The position numbers were made by a program, and so were the translations under genes. The notes under the pieces are model-generated. The model did not search any database. It had not been told where the DNA came from and saw only the letters and a list, made by a program, of their open reading frames with translations. Shown here in pieces: positions 36,858 to 48,534 of a stretch of DNA of 64,000 nucleotides (position 1 is its first letter; every line of letters starts with the position of its first letter). Location: contig NC_043002.1 of NCBI RefSeq assembly GCF_006345805.1, positions 87,482,001 to 87,546,000 of the forward strand. Direction: 5' to 3'. Source of the DNA: Octopus sinensis (taxonomy: Eukaryota).

Positions 36858-37016
36858 GCCTTGAATGGTGTAAAGCAATCTTGTTATCAGATCTGACGTT
36901 CATCAAAACATATATTAATGAAATATTGTAACCTAAGCAATGGGATACATTACCGTAAATACATTTATTTATGCACATACACACTGCGAAATTGGGAGAG
37001 AATATATATATATAAT

Positions 37017-37404
37017 GGCGCAGGAGTGGCTGTGTGGTAAGTAGCTTGCTAACCAACCACATGGTTCCGGGTTCAGTCCCACTGCGTGACATCTTGGGCA
37101 AGTATCTTCTACTATAGCCCCGGGCCGACCAATGACTTGTGAGTGGATTTGGTAGACGGAAATTGAAAGAAGCCTGTCGGTATATATGTATGTGTATATA
37201 TGTATATGTGTGTGTTTGTGTGTCTGTGTTTGTCCCCTAGCATTGCTTGACAACCGATGCTGGTGTGGTTACGTCCGTTACTTAGCGGTTCGGCATAAGA
37301 GACCGATAGAATAAGTACTGGGCTTACAAAGAATAGTCCTGGGGTCGATTTGCTCGACTAAAGGCGGTGCTCCAGCATGGCCGCAGTCAAATGACTGAAA
37401 CAAG
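37017..37404 (+). mobile_element. SINE family A, full length
   Basis: tRNA-like head (tggctgtgtgg, ggttcagtccc), central (TG)n/(TA)n, tail ...gcggtgctccagcatggccgcagtcaaatgactgaaacaag. Confidence 0.85.
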
Positions 37405-37416
37405 AAGAAGAAGAAT

Positions 37417-37764
37417 GTAAGCATTTTCAGAGAGTTATAGCCAAAAAATAGCAAAAAATGCATTAAAATTGGAAAAAAAATTATCGTAAATTTTTTTAAA
37501 ATTGTTGAATCATCGTAGACATTTTTAGAGAGTTACTTCCCTTATATAATAGCGAAAAAAATGCATTAAAATGGAAAAATGATGCTGATGGTAATTTTTT
37601 TCAAATCGTAGACTCATCGTAGACGCGCGCTAATACCCGGAAGGGCTCGATATGAATCACGACTATAAGATACCCGCTTTTGGTTACACTGCACCGCAAA
37701 ATGTGGGAGTAGTTAGGAATCTAAATCGTAGGAGACAGACACACAACTTCACTTTTATATATAA
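37417..37764 (-). mobile_element. Non-autonomous Helitron-like element, 3' end lost at the SINE
   Basis: Shares body segments with 31569..31960 and 37766..38145 (ataagggaagtaactctctaaaaatg). Confidence 0.6.
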
Positions 37765-37765
37765 A

Positions 37766-38145
37766 CTAGCAGTATCGCCCGGCGTTGCTCAGGTTTGTAA
37801 GGGAAATAACTATAAAGCATTTTTAGAGAGTTATAGCCAAAAATAACAAAAAAATGGAAAAAAATGAAGGTAAATTTTTTTTTAGTAAAAAAGGTGGAGT
37901 TGCGTCCCCTAGACAGTTTGCGGTTTGTGTTTCTGATTCTCGACCCCATGTCTAATTTATCGATTTTTTTCTGAACTGGGGGAACTTTTCAAAATTTTCG
38001 CTGCGTTAGTTTTGAATTATGACATTGGGCTATGTGTGTGTCAAGATTCATCAGAATCGGTTGAAAGCCGTGGTCACGGTGAGGGTACAAGCAAACAGAC
38101 ACACAGAAACACGCACAGACAAACTGCCGTTTATATAGAGAGAGA
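37766..38145 (-). mobile_element. Complete ~380-bp non-autonomous Helitron
   Basis: A|TC...hairpin...CTAG|T termini: TC at 38145-38144, CTAG at 37769-37766; no TSD. Confidence 0.8.
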
Positions 38146-38165
38146 TGAATAGTTTTGTCGACATT

Positions 38166-38214
<49 letters not shown>

Positions 38215-38522
38215 CATACGTATATATATATATATATATAATATATATATATATTATATATAAACACACCACTCATTCACATACATGTACATGTATATAA
38301 GTGTGTGTGTGTTCACACACGCACACATACACGCTCGCGCACTGATACATTTTATGAATGAATCCGTTGTCGACGGATTCATTCATAATGAATGAAAGGG
38401 CTATAAAATTATATAGGTGCGGATGTGTGGCAAGAAGCCTGCTTGTCGGCCACATGGTTCTGGATTCAGCGCCACTGCGTAGCACCTTGGGCAAGTGTCT
38501 TCAAGTATAAGACTCGGGTCAA

Positions 38523-38599
38523 CCTGGTTTAGGACGAATGATGCTGTAATTTAGCCCCAGGAGACATCTAATTTACAGCAACATTCGTCCTAAACCCGG
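38523..38599. repeat. Hairpin with 29-bp arms (2 mismatches) and a 13-nt loop
   Basis: ggtttaggacgaatgatgctgtaatttag / ctaatttacagcaacattcgtcctaaacc. Confidence 0.85.
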
Positions 38600-39182
38600 A
38601 CTGCCATGTTATGTTGGCAAATAATCTTTTGCTGAATGCCTCTCCATTTTGAGATTTCCAAATAGTAATTTTTCTTATAGTTTTCTAATACTTCACTATG
38701 CAATGTGTCCGGTTTTTAAGGTGGGAAGCTGTGATTTGCAAAGGCACGTAGCTTAGTGGCTTGGGTATTTGGTTCACGGTCGTTAGGTTGTGGGGTCGAT
38801 TCCTGATGGTGTAGATTCTTTTATGTTCACGGATGGGGAGTGCTAAGCTGTGCTAACGCACCGCAAGCATATTTGAACTGATAATAACATTGCATTTATA
38901 GGTGTCACTGCTTAGCGCTCCATAATTTGCTTACGGTGAGTCACTGCATAGCGCTGATCGTCACCGCGCGTTTACTGAAATGGCATAAGACTGCCTAGTG
39001 ACTGTGACCGAAAAGGAGATAACCAATCTGAAATGCTTGCATCTTAAAATCTAGATAGGTGGCACTGTGAACTGATTTATATGTATTTACACCGTTTGAC
39101 TGCGGCGAGGAATTTTTCCCATGGTAAAACACAGTGAATGGCTTATTTACGAGTCCAAGCTTGCAACAAACATATTTGAACT

Positions 39183-39324
39183 GTACATTATTTACATTTG
39201 ACGGATATTTGTCCTCATCTTGTTTGTTATTAACACAACGTTTCAGCTGATATACCCCCCAGCCTTCATCAGGTGTCTTGGGGTAATTTCAAATCTGGAT
39301 TCTCATTCGTAAGGTATTTTTCAA

Positions 39325-39413
<89 letters not shown>

Positions 39414-39484
39414 TCACTGCCTGGAATCGAACCAAGAATCTTGGGGTTAGTAGCCCGCGCTCTTAACCACTACGCCATATGCCT
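39183..39484 (-). mobile_element. tRNA-headed SINE-like element containing a minimal hammerhead ribozyme
   Basis: A-box TGGCGTAGTGG (39467-39477), B-box GGTTCGATTCC (39423-39433), (AAT)n(AAC)n linker, hammerhead at 39232-39277. Confidence 0.7.
39232..39277 (-). ncRNA. Minimal type I hammerhead ribozyme (PLE type)
   Basis: GACAC-CUGAUGA-A-GGCUG(loop)CAGCU-GAA-ACGU-U-GUGUU: 5-bp stem I, intact core, 5-bp stem II, palindromic ACGU stem III. Confidence 0.65.
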
Positions 39485-40694
39485 GTGCAATGCTATTCGA
39501 CAAACATCCGTCAAATGTAAATAATGTACATAATTCCTCATCTCTTAAATATAGAATTGTTTAATATTTGAACTGGTAATGATATTGCATCTTTTAAGTT
39601 TGTATTTGAGGTCCTGGTGTTTTAGTTTTGTCATATTCTTTTTGTATCGATGTATGAAACGGGTCCACAACATTGATTAAACAACACACTCTTTCTTCTT
39701 TACTGAGTTCCACGCCTAATATTTGGGTGTGAATGTTCTACTTACTTATCCGTTTCAAGTTTCATATCCCGTAGTATCTTTATATGGCCATTTTAAACGA
39801 TACCTTCTGTAAGAAGCTTGGTGTTGTCTCTTACCTCTTTTTATTATATCTTCTCACTGTTCCTCTCTGATCCGTGCTTTCTATCTGTGCATACTTTCTC
39901 GAGCAGCTTGCAACCTTGTTTCTTGTGAATCCAGAGTTTAGACTAAATTAACCCTTATAAACAAGTATCACTTTTTTAAGCGGTCAGATGATAAATAATT
40001 TCACTTATGCGTGTGCAATGGACGCTATAAAAAAGTTAGTTCAGTTAAAAAAAAATACTTTTCACTACCAACACACCACCACCGCCACTACCTGCCGCTC
40101 TCTCTCACTTTCTCTCTCTTAATTTAATTGCCTCACCTGTCCATATCTCTCTATCTACCTTTCCCTTCAACTAATTTTTAACCACGTAATAAATATTCCT
40201 TCCCCACCCTCACCGCACATCGTTAGCACTTCTCTCTCCCTCTTTTTATCTCGTTCTTCGCCTCTACCTTCAGCTGACTACGTGATCATTTGGCCTAAGT
40301 GTATTGTTATTAATCACCTTTCTCTACTTCTTCCTCTCTTCTTTCTTCACTCCTTGCTCTCTCTGCCTCACTCTTATTCCACCTCTCACTCACACCACCT
40401 CCATGTCTCTAACTAACTAATGTGTAAAGGGCGAACGAACGAGTAAATTAATATAAAGATATATGTATGTGGGTATCTGTGTGTGTGTGTGCTTGTCTTT
40501 GCGTCTGTGTTTGTCCCGCACCACCTCTTTACAACCAGTGTTGGCGTGTTTACATCTCCGTAATTTGGCGGTTTGGCAAAAGAGATCGATGGAATAAAGT
40601 ACTAGTCTTTAAAAAAATAGGTCCTGGGGTCAATTTGTTAGACTCAGACCCAACACGGCTGCAGTCAAATGACCGAAACATCTTGTTTGTTGTT

Positions 40695-40740
40695 AACACA
40701 ACGTTTCGGTTGATATACTCTCCAGCTTTCCTCAGGTGTC
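40695..40740 (-). ncRNA. Second copy of the same hammerhead, stem II damaged
   Basis: GACAC-CUGAGGA-A-AGCUG..CAACC-GAA-ACGU-U-GUGUU. Confidence 0.45.
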
Positions 40741-41449
40741 TTGGGAAAATTTCGATAGGAGATAAAAAAATAAGATACGTAAAAATCCATAATTTTACAG
40801 ATTTTTTTTGTTATATCCATGCCAGGGCTTCAGTTCTTATAGATCCTCTCAGTCAGTATTTTGCATTCAGTAATTATATGTACGAACGTCTCTTTTATCT
40901 TCTATCCTTGAGCAACACATTTTATTTCTCGTTGCTCCAGCATATTCAGCTGAAAATGAATACCAGTGGCAGCTGGGGGAGAAAGTTTAAAACGAATGAT
41001 ATTCGCATCTGGCTCAGGAGGAAATCTAGTACCTTAAACATTGATTATCTAGATAAGCATAAACCTTATGAGCCTACAGGTTCGAGGTAGACTTTAAAAA
41101 GATGTCATTTGGTAGAGATTCCTCTGCTATTTCTAAAATGTCGAACAAACACATACAGCCTCCCATATTATACTGAAACTTACAAAAATGCTATTGTTTG
41201 ACATCTTATGGCTATGATTATCTGCCTTGAAAACCGAGTTCAAAGACTGAATTATACTCCATCTATTATTAATATTCTTTTTCTTGCTTTGGAATTCTAT
41301 CATTATTCATTCACAAAACTTGATCTCAGTTGAGTCCTGATTAAGAAAGTTTCTATGCTAGGGATATTAAACATCGACAAAATATCACCGTTTCTCACTC
41401 TATCACCCCATTTTATTTTGTATATTTGTCTCAAGTATCTCGTTGTTTA

Positions 41450-42760
41450 ATTTATTAATATACTTCCAATGGGAATGGTGGGGTCCGAATGTCTGCCCGT
41501 AATTTTAATAGAGATCTCATGGGCATTTCAGAGTTTCTGTTGCAGTTTACCTAAAGCTGAACTTGCTTTGCCTATACGTATTTAAATTTCTGTATCAAGG
41601 TTAGCAGCACTTGTCACAACAGAATCGAGATAGACAAAAGGACTGGCTGTTTTCAGAACATTTCATTCTACAAACACTCGAGGCTTAATCTCTGGAATGT
41701 TACCGAGACATGGTTGAAAGAAGACTTCAGTCTTTTTAATGCTTATCGTCAGGCCGAAAGATCTAGCAACTGCAACAAATTTGTTTAAGTATCAATTGTA
41801 TGTCTTCAAGAGAGTGGTTAAGCAGTGCACAGTAATCTGAAAATAGCAAGGCTCTTGGAGTCTGAAAGCATATTCTTATCTTACTTTTAAACCGCTGCTG
41901 ATTGTAAGTTCCTCCAGTTGTGCGTTATTCCACAGAAACACTTTCTATAACATTAGCAAAGGCATGATCAATTATGATTTCAAATGTAATGCTAATAGTA
42001 ACGGTAGCAGCATACACCCTTGTTGTGTACCCTTTGTCACTCCAAATGGCTGTGATGGATCCCCATTTAAGATGTCAAAGGCTTATATGTCAAAGGCTTT
42101 TATGTCCCTGTGCAATGCTATAATTAAATTCAACATTTATTCAGGTAACTCAAGCTTTGTCAAGATCTTTTATGATGCTTCACGACATGCCCTGACAAAG
42201 GCCTTTTCCCTTTTCGCGAGCATTTTCCTGCTCACACCGAAATATCTATTTTTCTACGACCAACCCTGAAACAGCACTGGCTTTCAAGATATACGCTATT
42301 CACCAAGTCAGCATTTATTCTATTTAAAATCAGTTTTGAGAGACTTTTTCTTACAGCTGAAAGGAATAAGATGTCAAGCTCTTTATCACATTCACATTTG
42401 TTGTCTTTCTGTTTATACAAATGGACTATTGTATCATCTATAAATTATTGTGGGATTACTCCTGAGTTCCATATATTTATTAATATCTCAGTAAATATTT
42501 TAGTCACAGTATTACCGCCATATTAAAACATTTCTTCTGGTAATGTGACATCTTCAGGAGCTTTTCCGTTAGATAGCTGTTGATAAATATTTTAACATCT
42601 ACTACGGATGCAGATGATGCTGATGCAAGAGATTGCATCATAAAATTCTGAGGAAGACTATCAAGTAATTAATTTGATTCGCTGTTGAGCACATCTTTAT
42701 TAAAGTGTTCCGCCTAAAGTTTTATTATATCTTGCCAATCTTGAAGAACATTTCCCTCGG
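41450..42760 (-). mobile_element. Decayed RTE-clade LINE reverse-transcriptase region
   Basis: IVHLYKQK.NKCEC, KSLSKLILNRI..V..ESQCCFRVGR, SQPFGVTKGTQQGCML.PLL, FVYLDSVVTSAANLDTEI..RIGKASSALGKL; many stops. Confidence 0.7.
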
Positions 42761-43995
42761 GAGATAGAATAGGCGAGCAATTCATATAAACAGTTAGGCG
42801 CAATATAATACCATAAAGAAACAATTGGCATTTATGGTATTATATTGGGGCTAGCTGTTTATATTAATTTTATTAGCATTTCGATAAATCAGCTATAAAT
42901 TTTTATGGTAAAAATACTTATGCTGACAGCCAAAACATCGAGCGTTTGCGAAGTCACTACTGACGCGCCTACGACTGATACGCAAATCTAATCTAGCCTA
43001 TGGATCCTAGAGACACTCATGGAGCGGTATCTCAATTGTCAATTCTTACAGCATTAAGAGCTTTAACTCTTATTTCTTGCAATATAAAATATATATATAG
43101 AGAGAGAGAAGGAAAGAGATCATAAACATTTATAAAGTTTCGAGAAAAAGTGAAGTAATTCATATTTTGGAACTGGATCTGGATGTACGTAAATGCTATA
43201 AAAATAGCACGTAAACATTATGTCTAAAGGCATTTTTAGATAGAAAATCCAAGGCCATCCATGTGTGTATGAATGTGAGCACATTCCTACACACTCACAT
43301 ACATACATGCACATAGACTTATGTGTGTATATATATATATATATATATACATATACACGATGAGGTTCTTACTCTACCAAATTTCACCCACAAATTGATT
43401 AGCCTGAAGTTAAAAGCAGTTGGCACATGCCTTACGTGCCACATAGTGGTATTGAACCCAGTTTCTGGAGAAAAATTCTTAACCCCACAGCCATACCTAT
43501 GTTCCTTCATAAGATATGAAAGCATGTTACAAAAATACAAATACATGAAAGCTATTATTTTCATATCTTCGAGAATAAGAAAGAAGAAAAGACAAAATGA
43601 TGACAGAAATTCTGTTTTTGTTGTAATGTATCAGGATTGTGTATTTTTTAGCACAAAATAAATAAGAATTCTCAAGAGTTTCATTGCTAGATTAGCAAAT
43701 GATACTACCTGTCACATACAATGTCTTTTATAAAAAACACACATTTTATTTATACTCGAGTAGCAACAGCTAAGGGCTTCCCGAAACCTTTATTCTACTT
43801 TCCTCTCTTTCAGCACAATATTCTAATATTCTAAGTGAGGTGTAGATTTCAGAAAAGAAAATTATCCGAAAGCAAATAGTCTAGGAGGATGAGAAGAAAG
43901 AAAAATACACGATAAACATTAAAACAGTTCACAGATTTCTGTTGCTATAGTTTTGTGTTACTTATCTAAATGCTTAGAACGTTACTATGCGCTTT

Positions 43996-44108
43996 CTACA
44001 AGGATGTACACATGATATGTCGTTGTGACGGTAATATCGGTGGAGGTGGTGGTTGTCCGCTGTTTGACAACGAGGCTTCAGTTGTTTCATCAAGTGAATT
44101 ACCTGCTC
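43996..44108 (-). CDS. Candidate terminal coding exon of a host gene, ending ...PPPPPILPSQRHIMCTSL*
   Basis: Acceptor cacttacacgtttatccAG (44109), phase 1; 36 open codons then TAG at 43998-43996; AATAAA at 43750-43745 followed by a GT-rich tract; elevated GC. Confidence 0.5.
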
Positions 44109-44926
44109 CTGGATAAACGTGTAAGTGGCTGTGTAATCCAGACATATGAGCCGTTACAGTAATTCACAGACAGAACCAGCATGATATAGAATCAGCATGG
44201 CTAGGAAGTATCTTAGAATAACAAATACAATCCATCCAGCGGGCTTCATTAAAGTTTCCATTAACCAAATTTCATTCACAAGGTGTAGGTTGACCTGAGA
44301 TTCTACTCTGTGGTATCGAACCCAAGAACTCGCGGCTGCGAACTTGTTGATCACCCGACCACACTGTGCATACACACATAATCAACAGCTAGATAAATCG
44401 AAATAAGAAGAATAATGCGTTTACCAAAGATATAGAGCAGGATTTGTTATCAGATTTCAATTCGACATTTTTGGTAAACATAACAATGATGTTAAAAGAT
44501 ATTCGGTCTATCACTTTCCTTACGAAATAGGACAACTGTGTGGAAATTGAAAAAAATAACAAAAAAACAAAAAAAAAAGCCCAGAAAAATTAGTAATGTT
44601 CAAATCTTGGAGTGCTTAAAGCAACTGGAATCAATTTCTTGTGTAAATCTGGAATCTAGGATTTTGGTATTGTATTCTAAATCTGGCGAACCTTGTGGCA
44701 CTTTGCAATGTTAAATAACCTCATGAGATTGACGTAGGCGTAACTGCATGGTTAAGAAGTTCGGTTCGCAACCAAATAGCTGCAGGGTCGATCACACCTC
44801 GCGCACAAATATTTTCTGTTCTCAATGTTTTGTAAGTGAAATTTGGTAAAGGGAAACTACAAAATAAAAAAACCTGTCACGCACGCGCTTGTATGTATGT
44901 ATGTATGTATGTATGTATGTATTATG

Positions 44927-44958
<32 letters not shown>

Positions 44959-46090
44959 ATATATATATTTATATATTGCCTTTCCTTATTTCACTCATTA
45001 GACGGCGGCCATGCTGGGGAGCCACCTTGAGGAATTTTTAGTCGAATAAATCGAACCAAGTATTTATGTCTTTTTAAAGTCTATTACTTATTCTTTCGGT
45101 CACTTTTGCCGGACCGTCAAGTTTCGGGGACATAAACACACCAACACCGGTTTCAAGCGGTGAGTGACGTGCATGTGTGTGTGTATGTGTGTGTGTGTGT
45201 GTGTGTGGTGTGTGTGTGTGTGCGCGCGCGCGTGTGTATGTGTGTGTGTGTGCGTGTATATTTAGCACAACATTGCAGTTTGAGAAACGGTATTGTGTGA
45301 AAAATATGATATAGCAATATGAAGCAAGATAGATTTTTATCATAAGTACGATTCTGAAATGTGTACTGTATTTATATATTTGACTGACAGTTAAACAAAA
45401 GAAAAGTCTTTTCCCAATAGGATATTACTTAAGCATATTTCTAAACACACAAATTTCCTTGAAACCCTTATCCTAGTACGGCATCAAACCTATGAGTAAA
45501 AGCATAAACTTACATCCAAAAGTCATTATAATTTGACATTGTTTCCATGGATTACTCAACGTTTGTTTCAGTAGAAGGAATCAGATCATAGTTCAGAATA
45601 TTCATGGGCAATATGTGGCCAGCGGGACTGTCAACTACATGCCTTACAAAAAATTGGCTTGAAATTTTTTTCAGTCGTGCTGCCCGCCAGTAGATGGGGC
45701 ATGTCTCACGTGGTCCACTTCTAGAAAAAGATTGTCCATAGCAAGCTTAGGGAATACTAAATGTGCAAATACTTCATTCTGAGAATTATACGAAACGTAA
45801 CAAGATGGTACACATTGTGGTCTTAAAGAGTTAGAAAATATTCCAATGACTGTATAAAAACAAAAACTACTGCATTAATTTTTTTTAAATGTGAATGTTA
45901 ACAGTGGCGTGTTGGTTATCAGTTAATGTATAATGTTATTCCTGACTGTTGTCCAGGATGCATTAATTAAGGTTTTCGTCAACAAATGGTAATGTTATAT
46001 AAAAATAATCTTGAAGTATCGTTTAAACTGGCGAACGTTCAATAAAATCTTAAAACAAAGACAAAACTTTCATATTTTACTAGTGTGTTT

Positions 46091-46170
<80 letters not shown>

Positions 46171-46388
46171 AGAGAGAGAAAGGGCGGGGAGAAGGTATGT
46201 GTGTGTGTTTGTGACTAATTTTACCTAAGCCTTCAATCTTTGTTTCCCGAAACTTTATTTGATACTGAGTCCTTCTCTAGTCCATTAAGATTGCCAGAAA
46301 TTGTAACTGCATTATTCCACGAGATTTGTTAAGAAAGTCATGTGTTTAATTAATAACCTATTGGGAAAAGACGTGGCTTTTGTCTAAC

Positions 46389-46423
46389 CATAAGTAAACT
46401 CTGACAGAACAGACCATCTCGTC
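46389..46423 (-). CDS. Candidate internal exon (xTRWSVLSEFTYx); may extend to the stronger acceptor at 46534
   Basis: Donor GTTAGA, phase-1 exit matching the terminal exon; both acceptor choices are phase 2 and open. Confidence 0.25.
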
Positions 46424-46637
46424 CTTTTAGGAGTACATATGTAGGAATATATATACGGCAAGATGTAATTTGAGATTTGTCTGCTATTTCTAACAGACAC
46501 ACACATAAGTATGTGCATACTGCACATAAAATGCCTGGAATACAAATAATGCCTGTCTATCGTTCCATCCATCTGTCTGTTCGTCCGTCCGTCCGTCTGC
46601 TGTCCGTCTGCTGTCTGTCTGTCTGTCTATCTGCCTG

Positions 46638-46728
<91 letters not shown>

Positions 46729-46845
46729 GTCTATCTTTCTTTCTTCTTTTCTTTTTTTCTTTCTATCAAGCTGTTTGCCTGCCTAGCCGCCTACCCAGCT
46801 ATCTAACAGTCTGTCGGCATATCTGTCAGCCATTTTGTTTGTCGG

Positions 46846-46890
<45 letters not shown>

Positions 46891-47220
46891 GTGTGTGAGA
46901 GAGAGAGAGAGAGTGTGTGTGTGTGCACGCGCGTTTGTGTGCGTGCATGTGAGTGTGTGTATCTGTGTGTGTGTGAGAGAGAGAGAGAGTGTGTGTGTGT
47001 GCGCGCGCGCGTTTGTGTGCGTGCATGTGAGTGTGTGTATCTGTATGCGTGCGTATGTATATGTGCGTGGTCGTGTACGCGTGTGTGTATGTGTGTGTGT
47101 ATGTGTGCGTGCGTGTGTTGTTGCGCTTGTGTATGTACTTACAACACCTTAAGCATTATCGCATTCGGAATTACGGTTCAGGCTGAGTTTGTAATCAATT
47201 ATGCAAACTGATTCAGTTAC

Positions 47221-47272
47221 CTGCGGTAGACTGGCATCATAAGGACGTGTCGATCTTTTATCCGTATTGCAT
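47221..47272 (-). CDS. Candidate internal exon (xAIRIKDRHVLMMPVYRx)
   Basis: Donor CAG/GTAACT, phase-2 exit compatible with the 46389 exon; weak acceptor. Confidence 0.2.
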
Positions 47273-48534
47273 CTATTGATTAAAGTATCGCGTTTATATA
47301 TCGTAGGATGGTAAAATATGGAAGTAACCACAAAAAATGAACACCCCTTTATAAACGATAAAATCATTCTTGTATAGTCTAATTTGTATAGGAGAAATTT
47401 ACTTCTAGATTATGTTTCCTTGCAAAGTAATGCATTTATTTAATGAATAGACAATATAGGAAAAGATTTTGAAGGATTATTAAAAGTCTAATCTTTATTA
47501 TTTATTGAATAATACACACATGAACATTATAAAAAATTGAAAATCTAATGGCATTATAACAAACAGAAATAATTGTTCTCAAACACTACTATTTTTCTGA
47601 AATCGGGAAAGATATTCAACCTAATAAATTTCACAAGACATGATTGGTTGTTGTTCATACGTCATTCTTTGTTACAGAATTATCAGATTTCAAAGTAGAA
47701 ACAACGGATAAATAACTTTTTCTATTTCAGGATCTTTTAGTTTGTTTACGTGTATGCTTAACCCTTTTGAGGGAGTGAAATTTGTTTGTGAGACAACATA
47801 AAGAACATTTTTCATGAAAAATTAGTGTAAACAACATGGCGTCAATGCAACAATGTAAGAGGTACTTGTTTCGTGATAGCAAACTAATTAAGAGTGCTAG
47901 CTGAAGGGAAGGTAGAATAACGCAAGGATGGCGTCAGTAAGACTTTCTTCTCCATTTATTTTCTTCGTTGTTTTGAAATTGATTTTAGGGATACTCAAAT
48001 GTTGCTTACAGATGGTATTTAAACAACACGTATATATTTTTCAAAACCCTAGTTTCAACAATTATTAAATTTTGGATTATATTCCTATTCAAGATTGTTT
48101 GTGTTCCTATCAGGCTCTGATATTTTAAATTTCAGTTTTAAGCTGTGTTGTATAGATACACAGCGTTCTGTTTAATAAACACACGCATACATGCATACAC
48201 GTTTATGCATAGACACATACAGGCACTCACACAAACATGCACACACTCGTACGCGCGCTCACACAAGCACTCATGCTCACATAACTCAGGGACACAGACG
48301 AAGTGCTGGCCGTAAGTCTAAAAAGGTTTCGCTTCAAAACGATGCGGTTTTGAAGTCAATCGTTTCGATGTACGGCACTTTGGGCAAGTCTCTGGAAAGG
48401 CATCTTCGTTTGAAGCGCACACACATACACATATATATACACGCACATGCAAATAGGTGGTATATATATTTATATATATTTATATATATATATATATGCA
48501 TATATGTGTGTGTGTGTATGTGTGTATGTATATA

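Noticed and set aside
31928-37101. Many long minus-strand ORFs (up to 436 aa) of RGADRDQRG/VPTEIKEG/CRQRSK repeats
   Set aside because: The consensus unit has no stop codon in any minus-strand frame. Unit-length variation shuffles three peptides between frames, and overlapping ORFs exist in all frames, so they are translation artefacts of the satellite.
39411-39484. Possible genuine tRNA gene
   Set aside because: A and B boxes are present, but there is no convincing acceptor stem or T-run terminator, and it continues into a microsatellite and a repeat tail. It is a SINE head, as are the other tRNA-like segments.
45610-45725. Apparent 73-nt minus-strand exon (SGPRETCPIYWRAARL...)
   Set aside because: Its phase does not fit the neighbouring candidates, and the segment resembles a hAT-type MITE remnant (atgtggcc.gcggg).
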